A DNA stretch of 64,000 bases from Iphione sp. A-MEVVRFRX5. Taxonomy: Eukaryota. The notes under the pieces are model-generated. The model was not told where the DNA came from. It ran no database searches and worked only from the letters and a program-made list of their open reading frames with translations. The stretch lies in NCBI GenBank assembly GCA_976226885.1, contig OZ320316.1, forward strand, positions 89,094,001 to 89,158,000, given 5' to 3'. Shown here in pieces: positions 1 to 13,800 of this stretch. A program made the translations under genes and the position numbers. Every line of letters starts with the position of its first letter. The first letter of the stretch is position 1.

Positions 1-1844
1 TCACACGTGATTCACTTTCTGAAATGAGTGATCCTCCACTTCATGACGTCCTTTTGCCTTCAGCGCTGAGTAGATCTCATATCATGATAGTTTATTTTAA
101 AACCATCAGGCGGAATACAATGTGAAGAATATTGCATATCTATGCAATCCCCAATTCCTTTTGGGTGATGAGAGCCATAGTCCTTGCAAATTGTTCGAAT
201 TTACCTGAATTGCAAATACATCTTCACTATCAATAAAAGGTGTGGTTCTTACCACATTGTCTGGATAAGGGGCTTGCGCATGCATGGCAATCATGTTACG
301 AACGATTTTACAGCGCTAATATTCTTAGTTACATAAACAGCTGCTTTGAATGTTGTGTATTATAATAGCTTATTTTGTATGTTGTGCAGCTATAGAGAGG
401 AACCATGACAGTAGCCAGGTAGTTAGGTCAAATTTTGATATTATACAGTGGTCTCACTGCATAACGGTAAGCGCCAGAAAAAGCAACGGGGAGAAAACGT
501 CACTATCTGAAGATAAAGGAATGATTGATGGTAGTATTTAAGTTTTGGCTACGCTCTGTATTCACTAGAGACCCCTACCGTTTTGTATGAGAATCTAGCA
601 GCATTTACAACACGGATATCCCCATAATGCACGCCTACATGTTGTCCCTCTGGACGTCTCTTGCATTTTGTTACACATTGCTTCCATACTATAACCATAT
701 TAAACTAGATGTATCCAGCCCAGTTTAACCGGAGAGGGTATGTCTGTTGTAAAGTCGTATGCTCAAATGGGGAGTCCAGCTAAGTGGGCATAAAACACAG
801 AGAAAGGACCATTTTTCTCTTAAAAATATGTGTATTAATATGGAGAATCAGGATAGAGTGAGGATATAGGGCTGACTGTAAACGAAATGCTGTAGATCTG
901 CTCGTGCAAATATGAGTAGTGGACGGTTGAGAAAAGGAAATATCTTGTCAAGGTCTCTAACTTGCGAAAAGGGGTACCTGCAGATCTATTTTCATGGATC
1001 AATAATAGATTCTGAAATAAAAACTAAAGCTCCCGAAAATAAAGTAGTTATTTACAGGTATACTGTAGTAAACAATGGGACGAACTAGTGCATATCCTTT
1101 TCACTCCGCTTGATAAACTCCCAACGAACGTCTTATAGATGATTGAAGGAGTGCTAGATACCGTACCCACTGAACATACATTCGACTGGTTTTTTTGAGT
1201 AATGGATGGCTATGTATGACAAAATATGTGCATGCATTCTTCGAATATCAAAGAATGAGATGATAGCATTACAGGTTGATATAGGGAACTTCGAAGGAAG
1301 TCCATTTCGTGCGTGTAGGCTGCCAAAGTAAGTGAAGGACAATCAATTTGATTGCACCTACAAGTCGACGTAAAGATGCGATAAATCTCGTACAGATCTT
1401 AGCCCCTGGAGTGCGAATAATCAATAAAATCAATTTTCATACTGACACAGGGGGTTTCCTTTATATCTGCTCATATCCTCTATTCTGATATGGGGACTTC
1501 TACGTCGTTTTGACAATACGTAATAATAGCTGTCTTTCCGTATTTGATCAACACGTTTATCATTTACATTTATGCATGCACTTATTCATGTTTTCTTTAC
1601 GTTAATGGAGAGAATTGCATCCTGCCTCTATAAACATGTACTTGCTGACACTGCCGAGGAACGCTTTTATATTCCGACCCTCGTTTTCATCTGAAAGGAC
1701 GAATGGATATATGTCCTCAAACATTAATACCCCTTTCAATGAAAACGAGAACACTTGGTTATTCTGGGGGCAAACTACCGGCGTTTGAAGTACCAACGTA
1801 TTATTTTGCTTTCCAAATAACGGCTTTTCATTTTATGAAGGTAG

Positions 1845-2060
1845 ACAGGCAGACAAACAGGCGGACAGACAGGTGGTAGAGAGAAACAACGAAGTGCCTA
1901 TATAAGAGAAACAGAGCAAGAGAACGGGAGAGAGGAGAAAGCAAAGACTGTAAGGAGACAGTGTAGGAGGAAAAGAAGTGTAAACAGAACGAGATAAGAG
2001 TAGATACCGACATGCATACGTTACAGAGGGAGAGGGAAGCAGAGTTTGGAAGAGGAGGGG
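1845..2060. repeat. GA/GACA-rich low-complexity tract
   Basis: Degenerate (GACA)n/(GA)n sequence; it explains the Leu/Ser-rich antisense ORF 1828-2103. Confidence 0.7.
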
Positions 2061-3235
2061 AGTTTACTTGTTTTATCATCCTTCCTTTCGCTATAACCTT
2101 CATTTCAATGTTTATAGTTTGCCAGTTTTAGATGCCCCGACTGACTTTTCCTCTATAGACTTCTACTTCTAGATCCCCCTTGTTCGAAACATGTTCAGTT
2201 GGAAGACAGAGATCAGAAATCTACACGTACAAAGTAACCACGAAAATCAGGAGTCGTCAAAACAACTCACTTTCGCTAGTTGAGGAGTCGGAGGTCTAGC
2301 ACCCTCCTAATCAAAATTAATATGTACACAAACATTTAGACCATTTACAAGTATATGTAATATATTTCGATGATGACCATATGCTATGGAGGTGAGTTAT
2401 AGGTCTCCACCATTTGTAATTAACCTGAGGAACCCCTGCTTGAAGAAGTCAGAATTGAACAGCTATGTGTCCATGAATAAATTTAGGTTGTCCGAAACGT
2501 TTTAGGCATATTAAAATGAATATTTGAGGTCGAATATTTTTATCATTTACTAGCTCTGAATATCCGGTAGTATGGGTCCCTCATGATGAACTCTTTCCTG
2601 GCGCCATCTGGTGTTTCAGGACATCACAACGCTGTGCTCTGGGTAACAAAAATATACTTGAACGAATACATCGACAGACCAGCCTCATATTTCTACTCTA
2701 TTTGTCTGACATTGTGGACGGTTCTGTTGTACCATTCAAATTCAACAACCACATTCTACCCCCTCCCCTAAACACAAGCTCAAGCACACACACAACACAG
2801 CAAAGTTTAATGCCTGACACGTCAGCCCGGTCGGCACTATCCTGTGTCCATCTCTTGGAATGGCTGGAAAACAATGTTCGGAACAGCCACACAGCATCTA
2901 TCAGAGAGAGGAACAAATAAGAGGTTGACATTTGCATGACGTGAGTGTCAGACATAAATCCTGCCCCCCCCCACAACTACCTATACGACATAACCACTAT
3001 CCAACAAATGCAACAGATACTCATGGAGATGCAATTGCAGTATGCAATCCCAATGTCACCGAATGACATAGGTTAGCTATCCACCAGGGGATCGCAGGGT
3101 ATTGTGTGCATATAGTGGCCCCCTCTGCAGGCGAGGCCAGACATATATCTATTTCTGGCCTCGCGATCGACACTCAAGCTGTTGTTGTCAAGCTGTTGTT
3201 GTCGTTGTGGACGGACGTGTGCGTTCACCGTGAGA

Positions 3236-4192
3236 ATGCCCGACACGCCAAAAACGTTTGGTTCAGAGGAAGAGGCGCTTCTTACAAAGCTGGTAATGAA
3301 GATAGAGGATCTCGAGAAGAGGTTGGACCAGCTGCAAGTACAGCCAGAACAGAAGAAGGGCAAGAAGCACACCGTTTCCTCCGTGTTGACCAGAGCGGCA
3401 GCGGCTAAAATGGCTGACCAGCCATCGACCTCCGGTGCCTGTGCAGACGACTCCACTAGTCAAGACAGCACAACAGACCCTCCACCACAGCCTACTACTC
3501 TCAAAGCTGATGCTGCTTCAAAAATAAAAGAAGTCTTCAGCCACATGTATCCAGAGGCCTTAGAGACAGTAGGTAAGAAGATGGCCAGACCGCACCCTAC
3601 TTCTTACATAGTATTTCACAAGTCAGATAAGCCAGAATTGCGTGCCTTCACCTTTCCCCAATACGTTACCTCCATTATGGCCATGCTGCTTGACTCTTCA
3701 ATAGTGTACCCAGCTGACTTTTTCACGATGATAAGTCACATTAGAGACACAGCAGAGGAGGTGCAGGCTAACGGTTGGCCTCCAATTCGTGACTGGCTTG
3801 TCGAAGTCTGGCATCTGACAGGCAACGATAGGCTACAGTGGTCCGATACAGCAAGAATACAGACAATTCGCAATAGATGCATTAATGCTTATTCAAGGGT
3901 TAATCGTGAGCAGACAGCCCCACAGAAAGACTCTGTTGCTCCCTGCCCACAATGGTATTCAGGAAAGTGTAGTGAAACCTCGCCACATACTTCTGAAGAT
4001 ATGATGTTTTCACACATATGTCCATTTTGTTTAATCCTACATAATAAGCACCTGGAGCACAAGCTCGATCAATGCAGATCAAGGAAGAAGGCAGCCCAGA
4101 TGTCCCAGGCAGAACGTCCAACAACGAAACCGTGGTCAGCACAGCAGCCCAGAGACCAGAGACAGCAGAGGACAGATGCCCAGGACTGGTAG
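3236..4192 (+). CDS. gag: Intact DIRS/Ngaro-type gag-like protein (318 aa from ATG 3236); no intact pol or YR follows
   Basis: Coiled coil (MKIEDLEKRLDQLQ), core GWPPIRDWLVEVWHLTGNDRLQWSDTARIQTIR, and Cys/His knuckle CPQWYSGKC...H...HICPFC...H...C resembling gag of invertebrate YR retrotransposons. Confidence 0.8.
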   Translation: MPDTPKTFGSEEEALLTKLVMKIEDLEKRLDQLQVQPEQKKGKKHTVSSVLTRAAAAKMADQPSTSGACADDSTSQDSTTDPPPQPTTLKADAASKIKEVFSHMYPEALETVGKKMARPHPTSYIVFHKSDKPELRAFTFPQYVTSIMAMLLDSSIVYPADFFTMISHIRDTAEEVQANGWPPIRDWLVEVWHLTGNDRLQWSDTARIQTIRNRCINAYSRVNREQTAPQKDSVAPCPQWYSGKCSETSPHTSEDMMFSHICPFCLILHNKHLEHKLDQCRSRKKAAQMSQAERPTTKPWSAQQPRDQRQQRTDAQDW

Positions 4193-6649
4193 TCCACCAA
4201 AGTGGACAGCAGAACGACGACTTGCTTGAATATGAACTGAGTATTAATCCGTCTTCTTTACAGCTATCCTCCAGATCTCACTATCAGATGATAGCACACC
4301 ATGTTCTCAATTGGCCCACAACTGATGTATCACTAATGACATAAGCTTCCTCTCTTCTCTAGTCTCTGGTGGCTTCACCAGCTGTGTATGGGGCCCGTTC
4401 CTCCTTTGACCATCGTCGACTACCGCTTTCCATGTGTGTTTATGTGTATGTATGTATGTGTTCGTGTTTGACTGTGATTTCTAGCTACCAAACAGGTCCC
4501 CTTTCCCTTTTCACTGCCTGCTTCGAAAGTCTCTCTCACAATCCGGGCACGAAGGGGGCCTCCGAGTCGGCTACCGAACTGGCCACCAAGTAGACTGTCA
4601 TTTCCCTCTGAGCTTGACAATAAAATGTCTTTGTTAAATCCAACAGGCAACTTCCAGGAGTCATGGTAGAAAAGAACGTGACCCTTTCAACCTCCCTTTC
4701 AATATACAAACCAATCCTTCATCAGTCTTCTGCACATGTCGACTGGTGATATTAAACTGAAATCACATAAGACCTATGTATGTTGCTTACACACTCGGCT
4801 CTTTCTTTGCAGTAAGTTTCTATCCAGCTGCTGAGAGCTGAAAGTAAGAGGGATGAACACTACACGCTACACTAACACACCAGATGCAATCACACCAGCG
4901 ACAGAACACGCAAAAAAGACACACTAAAAAACACAAAAAAGCTAGTGTTACTCATCTCCTTTATGAAGGTTCTGTGCATCGTTTTACTTGTCAATATTGT
5001 CAGTCCTGTGCTTAACAGACACCTCCACTGACGATACATGGAGGGGTCAACTCACCCACACCCCCTATTGGGACATTCATATATATGTAGTAGCTCTGTA
5101 TGATAGAATGCTAAACCATGTTACAGATGTTTTGCCACCTAGACTTTGTAGAAGATATTTCTGGTACATGTATATCATTGCTGTAAGTCATAAACAGCAT
5201 AACCTACGCGGGGAGATTGATGAATAGAACTTAGTTAAAGAAGATCTCTCAGACAAGGACCTTGCCAGTAGAACATTCTCGGACAGAAGACTAACGGGGG
5301 GGATCCTATGATGAAAAAACATGCTCTACTATTACATGTACATCGAAAATGGTAACGAACGGCAACCGTGCTTTGCGCGTTTCAAAGAATGACGAAATCT
5401 TATACCCATAGACTATAGTGAAAACGAAACATCGGTTATAGTCTGGAATGTATCAGCTGGTGTTCTCGGTGGTATTGTCAATTGCAAATGCGAGAAGGTG
5501 GTCACGTCTGTGGACATCCCTGGACACTAAGGGAAAAAAGTTCATAAATACATGTATATACACATAGGGGAAAAGAGATATTAGGAACGGACGGATTACA
5601 TTTAGCATGATTATGTAACATCTAAAATTACGACTATATTGATTTACACTTTCGGGGATGGTTTAAAGTATGTACGTGTTATGCTTCCAGCACAATAAAG
5701 AAAGTATTTTGTTGGAGCAAGTAGACACTTGAGCTCGTTTAGTTAGATACCCGTAGAACTCGTCTTCGTTTCCTGAACAGAGGCCGAGATCCAAGTGATA
5801 ATCCATGTATTATACGAAATAGCTACACAGGTTGTGCACATTAATGAGATAATTTTAAGGCATTGTTATTAAACGTGTTTTCTTACACAAGAAAATGGAA
5901 AGACACCTATTTGATGGACGGCATAAAATATTGCCTGCAACTTAAAAGGGCGGTGCTCTTTAGGTCTGACGTGGCAACTTCCGCCAACCAGGCCGACATC
6001 TACCAACATTGTCGTTGAAAGTTAAGTAAGCAAAACCAACTCGAATACAAAGGGAATTGACGAAAAACAAATTTAAAATTGTCTTTTAATTCAGTTTGAA
6101 ATTAATTACATAAAGGTTTAACAGTTCATCATCCAATACTTGAGTAGTTCTACGTGTGAAATTAATCTCAGTGCCACGACGTAAAACGACTTAATAACGT
6201 ATGCATTATCTGCCGACAGTTCCGCCGCGGTATGAAAAGGTCTATTGATGGGAACGCATTGTCAGAGAAGGTTAATAACTTAAGAAACAAATTTAAAGAT
6301 TGAAGAATGATATGAGACATCTTATTGCGGGAAGTTGACGACATCTTACTCATGTTTCCTTCAGTTGGAAATTGTTTTCTTATACGAGATAAAAACACAC
6401 GAATGATGATTTTCCCGGCAAGTTTAATGCAAAATATTATTTGCTTTTTTAGATAAGGTATGTTTTCTTCTCGTTCTCTGAGAAAAATATTTAAGTTTCT
6501 CACCTGATAAGGGAATTGGACTTTTTTCCAAAGCTACACGTCTTCATGCTATGCGTTAAACATTGTTTCCAAATTCATTAATTGTACGGAACTAATTCAT
6601 GTTGTACCAAATATTCATATCAGATGATGCCGAAGGTAGATTGAAATAA

Positions 6650-7600
6650 TTGAGGGTGAGATATTCAGAACTCTTGATATAACGTGTCATATAAAATGGA
6701 TGGAAAGGGGATTTAGAGATATGATTTAAGCATGGTGGAAAGTAGGTGCTGAGAGGGCGGTCACAAAGAAAAGACAGGCTAACCAAAGATTTAGGGAAGA
6801 AACTGGAATCTTGGCAAAGGCTAAGAGATTAGGAGGGAAACTGTAATTAAAAAAACTGAGAAATATTAAGAGAAGACATGTGTTAAATTGGTTGAATAAT
6901 ATTTTGCAGGATGGGAAGCAATACTAGAAGGAGATAGAAGGTTTATTGAACCATAAGATCAAAGGTATGGGAGTTTGTGTAATTGAGGAGGATGGTAAAG
7001 AGATGACAAAGGGGGAAGTGCCAAATATATCAGGAGAATATTTCATGAGCGTAGGCAAGAAAATGGAGAAAGTGGTCTCTGAGCAAACAGTAAGTAACCT
7101 AGAGGGAAACATCAAATTTCATGCAAGGCAATTTGGCTTCCTGGCGCAGCGGGTATGAACAGGGGATGCTATAGTAGACATCACGGATGAGGCATATTTA
7201 GGGTTAAATGATAATTAAAAGGTAATGGCAGCTTTTAAAGACTCTAGAAAGGTTTTTGATAGTTTAAATCACTAAGTGTTAATATATAAATTAGATGGGA
7301 TTGGCTTATCCCCGATTACACCATGGATGAGAGAGTATTTGAATGAAAAAAGTCAAACTATGACGGTGAAGGGGAGGGAATTTTAATCATATAGGATGGA
7401 CTGTGGGGTACCGCAAGGGAGTCTGTTAAGGCCAGTTTTATTTTAAATCTATATAACTGACCTAGGGTTAATTATCACCATGGGAACTATATATTTTTAT
7501 ACTAAGGATTTATCAATAGTAATCAAAAAACATACGAAAAGTGCGGTATGATTTAAAATAGGTTAAGTGGTGGTGTGACAGCAATGAAATAATGTTAAAT
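6650..7600 (+). mobile_element. Decayed CR1/L2-clade LINE fragment (RT region, internally deleted)
   Basis: Stop-interrupted translation YFMSVGKKMEKVV...QFGF...AFKDSRKVFDSLNH...CGVPQGSLL (GVPQGS 7405-7422) RPVLF*IYITDL...VKWWCDSNEIMLN. Confidence 0.88.
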
Positions 7601-10600
7601 GTATGTGATGTATTCGTACCACGGAAGCTCAAAGGGAGATCTATGACTTTTGATGGGAGGTGTCAAATGATGCATCAGAGTGCCATATACGATTTGTATA
7701 TTAAAAAAGTTAAGGAAGTTCATAAATGTGGGAAATACAGTACGATTAGTAAGAATCTTATTTGAAGCAATATTTAGTAATAACTGTACGTTAATTGTAG
7801 GAACAAGAATGCAACCAGGCACCTCCAGGGATTCACTGTGCCAACTGGTCAGGATTTAGCCACGAACTGGTATTTTTTTGAGCAGAGACTATTTCACATT
7901 AGACGCAGACACTTCTAATGCTGCCCATGCCATGTCATCCCAAACAACCTGTTGACAATTGCAGTCCACCATCCATGACATTATTGTGTCATGTTTATAT
8001 TCTCTTTTTCTATAATGTGTAATTTGGCCTATGTAAATTTCCAGCTGTCTCTTCATTCTAATTGTCCAAAGATATCTTTGTTACTGTAATAACAAAAAGG
8101 TCACTAAAACATTGAAACATTGAATTAAAGTGCAAAAAAGGCATTGCATGAAGACAAGAACTATAAGGTAGAGAGGAGGGCAAGAATAAGAATACATGCC
8201 AGGATTAAGATTTCACGGTCGAAAAAACGTGCTGTTTATATAGGGGGTATTGTATATGAAATGGGATAGCAGATGATTCGAAAGAAGTTATAATCAAAAA
8301 GGTTTAAGAGACGATAAAAAAGGTCTAATAAACAGATACAATAGATATCGAATGGAGAATCAAAGTATACCTGAGCAGTATGATCAATATCAATAGCAAA
8401 AGGAGAGGGACGGGAGGGGGCTCACTATGGGAACTGTATAATAAATTTCCAACATTCAATACCGGATACCACAGAAAACCTCATTTTTTTATTAATTTTT
8501 ATTCCAGATCGTATTCATGAACGTGTTTCATAAATGTATTTTCACGAACCAACCTATACAAGGTTGGAGCTATTGTAGCATTTGTATATAAGTTAAGATT
8601 ATGATGCAAAAGAAAATAAAATCAGACTGAATTGTTTTTGATGTAAAAGAACCAGTTAATTCTTAGACAAATTGATCTGTATTTGATTCAGCTGAAATGA
8701 GAAATAAAATATAGATCAAAACACTTTGTTTGTGGTTTTGTTCATAAAGGAGTATTTAATGGTTTACAAATAAGCAAGGATTAATGCATAAATATTTTCA
8801 GAATAGTGTATGGTGGGGGAGCCTAGATGGATATATCAAATAGATTTCAGCCTCCTGTCTGTCCGTGAGAAATATCCAGAATTATGGACATCCTAGCGTC
8901 CGACTGCATTTCTACAGCAATTGTGTACCATCAACCGCTAGATGACGCTGCGACTGTTGAAGGTCGTTATTAGCGGCCTCTAGCCAGTGCCTATCATATT
9001 TCGCAACGGCAGCCAGAGGCAAGTCCGTGCAATTCATCACCTCATATATTTCCCTGTGATGTGACAAATGGTGCTATAGAAAAACAGCTTCAAAATTCGT
9101 TATCAGTCTGAGAATCGATCCATTGTAAGTTTGGAACTAACACCTGGCGTGATTACAGTTCATTTATTGAGGACACTATATTGATATGTATGAGAAGAAA
9201 CGAATGACAAAAGGCTGTTTGCCTCAGCGTAAAGCAGATGATCAGAAGTTGCTGTAGGGGACGCGTTATGGTACAGCAATCCAAGTGTCTGATACCGAAC
9301 ACAGACACGATTCGTCCATTATATCTTCAACACTCCCCGGGGCAAATGACTGAGCCACAGACACTGCCCTGGCTTTTGAGATTATTTAGTGAGGATATGC
9401 ACATTGAGTGAAAACACATGTTACTGCATTTATGACGAAAATGCCTACTGTGGTTTACTCTGAAGAACCTTGTAACTCCAGGGGATTATTATAGTATTTA
9501 ATTTTCTTTCTTACCAATATACATGACACAGAATAGATCTGCGAATTGTGCTTTGTTGCTTACATGAAACAACCAAAATGTGACAAGCACCGTTGTTTCA
9601 ACATGATGTTTCAAGATATATGTCAGTTCGAAAACGTCTGATCGGAAGTCTAAATGATACTCATTGCAAGTATGTTTGTAATATGCTAAGACGGGCCTAA
9701 ATGAGAAACGGAAAGAACTTCATTGTCCTTCATTTCATGAAAGTTTGTTTCAGTCTCCTTGCAGCAAGTACTCGGTGGCGACATTGCCAGAGAGCAAACG
9801 TTTAGCTTATTTCGAAATGCAATGACATGTGTCAAAACGTTAACTTGTAGACATGTAATAAAACACAACATTGATGCCAGCTAGACAGCTTTATTGCTTC
9901 GGTTGCTGGGCAAATTTACCTGGCAGGCATCATGGTAACCACACACCTCACAGTTCTCCTGTTTCTTCCCTCTGGAAATGACAGCAGATGATGAACCGGG
10001 CGACAACCGTAAGCACATTAGGAAATCTTTCAGTTCCCCAAACAACTAAAAAAACAAATACATTTTGTAGGTACCTATGACTGGGCCATCCCTTACATTG
10101 TACTTCAAAACAAAGCACTGCGATTACTACCAGCCCATTCTGATGATAAATCAAGAGAATCTGTATGTAATTTCAAACGTCACTCGGTCTCTAGTCGACT
10201 TGCTTATGACAACCGTCTCTGTACAACAAACCCATATTGTGTTACGTCGTGTTCCCGACAGCTATAACACACACCTACTTTAGAATCTATATGCATTGCC
10301 ACTTCGGTACAACCTACTAATTTCTACTCATTCATCATGAACTGAAGTTTGGACTCTGGCTAACCTGAAATATACAGACCATTACGTGAAGCAGCCAGCA
10401 AACATCGGGAAACATGATATTATGGCCAAAACAAAATATATTGGACACACCGATTTATTATCCTTATTTGATATTCCACACGAACGTGATGTGTATGTTC
10501 TATGTAATATGCCTTGGCTCAAAATTTCCATCACATCCTTTTATTTTCTACGTAGCGCACTGTATACGTTTCATACTCAATCTGCACGAGTGCCTTGCAT

Positions 10601-13444
10601 GTAAATCGTAAGGTCGAGGCGGAGTGACATGTCGTCAGCGTTTGGGCAAGTGACCAAAAGCCAATCCTCAATGGCGCAGTAACAGGTTTGCGTCTAGAGG
10701 CGCTTTTCACCACGCCATGACAAGGACGTGTCAGGCAAGTGCGTGACACCATTGTATGACACGCGCCTCCAACTTAGTCAACAATCATTTAGCATCACAT
10801 GTTATGCGAAATAGTTTTTTTTCGTCACTGTATATATCAGGAAGGCATCTTAGTTCACACACTCCTGCTGCGACCACATGTAGATATAAATGGAATTTTG
10901 CTGAAAGGCCCCCTTGGATTCCTTTTTGCTGGATGCATCCTTGCGAGATACCTTCGACTTTCTAATACATTTGCCCTATAACCTTCACGCAACATATATA
11001 TCAACCACCCCTACGGGCTATATGGCGGAGAGGACTGCTGTGTTCTGCCTCAGGTGGAACCTATCTGCTGCGTTCTCCTAAAAAGCAACACTTCTATGAT
11101 TGAATCTGTGAATAGCGTGGCTCTCACCAGGTGTGCAGACTCTCATGTGGCACCCTCAGCTCCTTTGATTCGCACTCCTTGCTTATTCAGGTAAGCTTTT
11201 GTTTGATAAAATGGGAATGGGAGAAAAACAGTCAGTTCTCATTTCGGCAGTGCCTTTGATTTCAAGTAGATGTAAATTAAGACTCGTTATTGTTGTTTCT
11301 CAAGTTGTTTCCTGTTGCTGCTGACTGAAATGTCAGCCGTTTGCCCATTTTATGTTATGGATTAACACATTGTTGACGGCAGTTGGAATCGTTAAAGAAT
11401 TCCGTCCCCTGAATTGTGCAAGGTCGAGCACTAGGTACGGCTTGATATGGACACGAGGTAGCATAGACTACCTGGACATGCGTCCGATCTTCATCCACAT
11501 CGACTACATACATCTATTTAAAATGTGTATTTCAATATATTCATGCATTTTTTAACGATTCTTCACAATGATATTTAATATCACCAATAGCCTTTTTAGC
11601 CGTTTCATTTGTAGAAAAGGTCCTCACTTTCGTCAGGGGGATGTTGTTCGGAAGATATATCATTTGCTTGACTGACCAGTATCTAATTTGAGTCCGTCTT
11701 GATTCGAGGCATATGAGTGAATATTTCCATTCTGCTACTCACTGTTGTGCATGAAATGTAAGTAATATAAGAAAAATGAACAATGCGGAATCAAAAGTTT
11801 ACTGCTTATAGAGTATTCCAGCGCAAGCTTACAGAACACTGGCGATTAGAACTGACCCCATATCGGAGTACATTCTGAGGGAATCCGTTGCTCATATTTA
11901 CATATTTCTAATTCCCCAGAATGGCTCTACCTCATATCTGAAAAGAATCATCTGAACAGAAACTATTCGGAAAATCAGGGTTGACTTTACACATAATGTA
12001 TTCTAAATCGACACAAATAGCAGTATCTACTATATTCAATTTGATGTTTTGCAACTGTTACTAAAATTTGTTTGGCAATGGAGACTCATTTGAGCTATGA
12101 ATCTGCAATCAACATCATTCAATATTCTTAGATGTCCACTTAAGGCACACCATTTATTATACCAGTCCTTGGAACATATTATCATGTGTTGTAAATCTGA
12201 CCTTTGATGAGGATTACATGTAAGTAGTGTGACCTAAACCTGGCCCCAATTGGATGCTTTCGTGCTCTTTGAACTGGAGCCCTCCACCGCGAGCGATACC
12301 GGGCGATCATTAAACTAACAGCCCAAGGGCATCGGGCATCATCTCAAAATGGATATGAGCCTAGAGACAAGAGGAAATATAGTCACACACATTCTTAAAT
12401 ATGTTCAAACAAGATATCAGCATAATTATTTTAGCCTATGTCAGTTGTTTGACAGAGATAAAGAATCACAAAATGTCCCGTCGCCAGTTAATTAACTCTT
12501 TCCCTCTAGCTTCACAAATGAGGTACGATCATAAATCGAGTTAATGTATATCTTCGAAATATAATAGGGAGGGATATACACGTTGACAGTTTGTGCTAAA
12601 AGTGAGAAAGGGAAAAGACGACGTCTTCTCATTGTTACATAATATTTACTCATGTGTGTATGACCGGTATATCCAAGAAAAAGATATTTACATTGTATCC
12701 TTTCAGCCCTGTAAGTCAATGAGTTTTGGGTTAGGTCCCGATACTTTCAAGTGCTTCCATAAAGGACCCTTTAGGCAGAAATTCAATTCACTTCCTTTAG
12801 CTCTGTCTCTTTTTTCCTTCAGTGCCTCTCCCTCTGATCATTGGAATCATTAATCTCATAAGGCAGCTTTTCTATGCACACACATTCACGCTTACAGGTA
12901 TGTGGTCATGACATGCAGGGTTTTGCAAGACATTGAATGTAAAAACCATGTGACAATGTGTCCAGACGTTATGCATGGAGTGGCGAGTCCGTGAACGCCA
13001 ATCAGCTATCGATTGATTTTTTCGCATGTGGATCTCGGTGCCGGGTGCATGATAGACTTATTTCAACACCTGCAATTACAATTCAGGCATTCGATGCCAT
13101 AAGTCGTCGCTCACACACCCAATCATTGTTTCTTCTAATTTTAAAGAACAAATATGTACTACACTTTATTATGAGTCATAACATAGTTTGTCGGTCATCT
13201 ACAGCTGAAGCACGTGGAGGCGACCACGTTAGGGATTGGATAATTCAAGTCTCTCCCACGGTCCTTCCACTTCCTCGAAGTGTGACTCCATCGTTTACAC
13301 CTCCTACAGCCTTCCTGATAGATTTCGTGCACCCCTGTGAAGTTCGCTATCCCTCCCTGTATAGATATTGTCTGATGATAGGCTAAGAATAAACCTCTGC
13401 GGACAACTGTTTGGTAAGGATATCTGGTTTGTTGAAGAAAGAAC

Positions 13445-13800
13445 AACAGTTAATAGTGTGTAAAGCTATTACATTATCAGTTTCTGATTATATGGATATT
13501 TGTTTGGGCTGTGACTAAAACACATGTTTTAAAAGTACACATTTGTCATGACTAAATATTAACAAAAATGTTAGGTGTAGATAAGAGGATGTCAACATCT
13601 GTATTGTATAAACAACTGAATCTGTTGACAATACAACAAAGAGTAACTTTACACATATTAATATGGGGGTATAGAGGTATGAGAAAGTACTTGCCATCAT
13701 TTGAACAAAGACATTACCAGCAAAGAGGTAATTGTAAATTTGAGAGTACATGAAAGATTGATGATCGTACAAAAGCATTATAAAACAGAATCACAATCAA
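13445..13800 (+). mobile_element. 3' fragment of a CR1/L2 LINE ORF2 (post-RT region)
   Basis: CKAITLSVSDYMDICLG... and LGVDKRMSTSVLYKQLNLLTIQQRVTLHILIWGYRGMRKYLP match the CR1/L2 C-terminal pattern. Confidence 0.65.
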
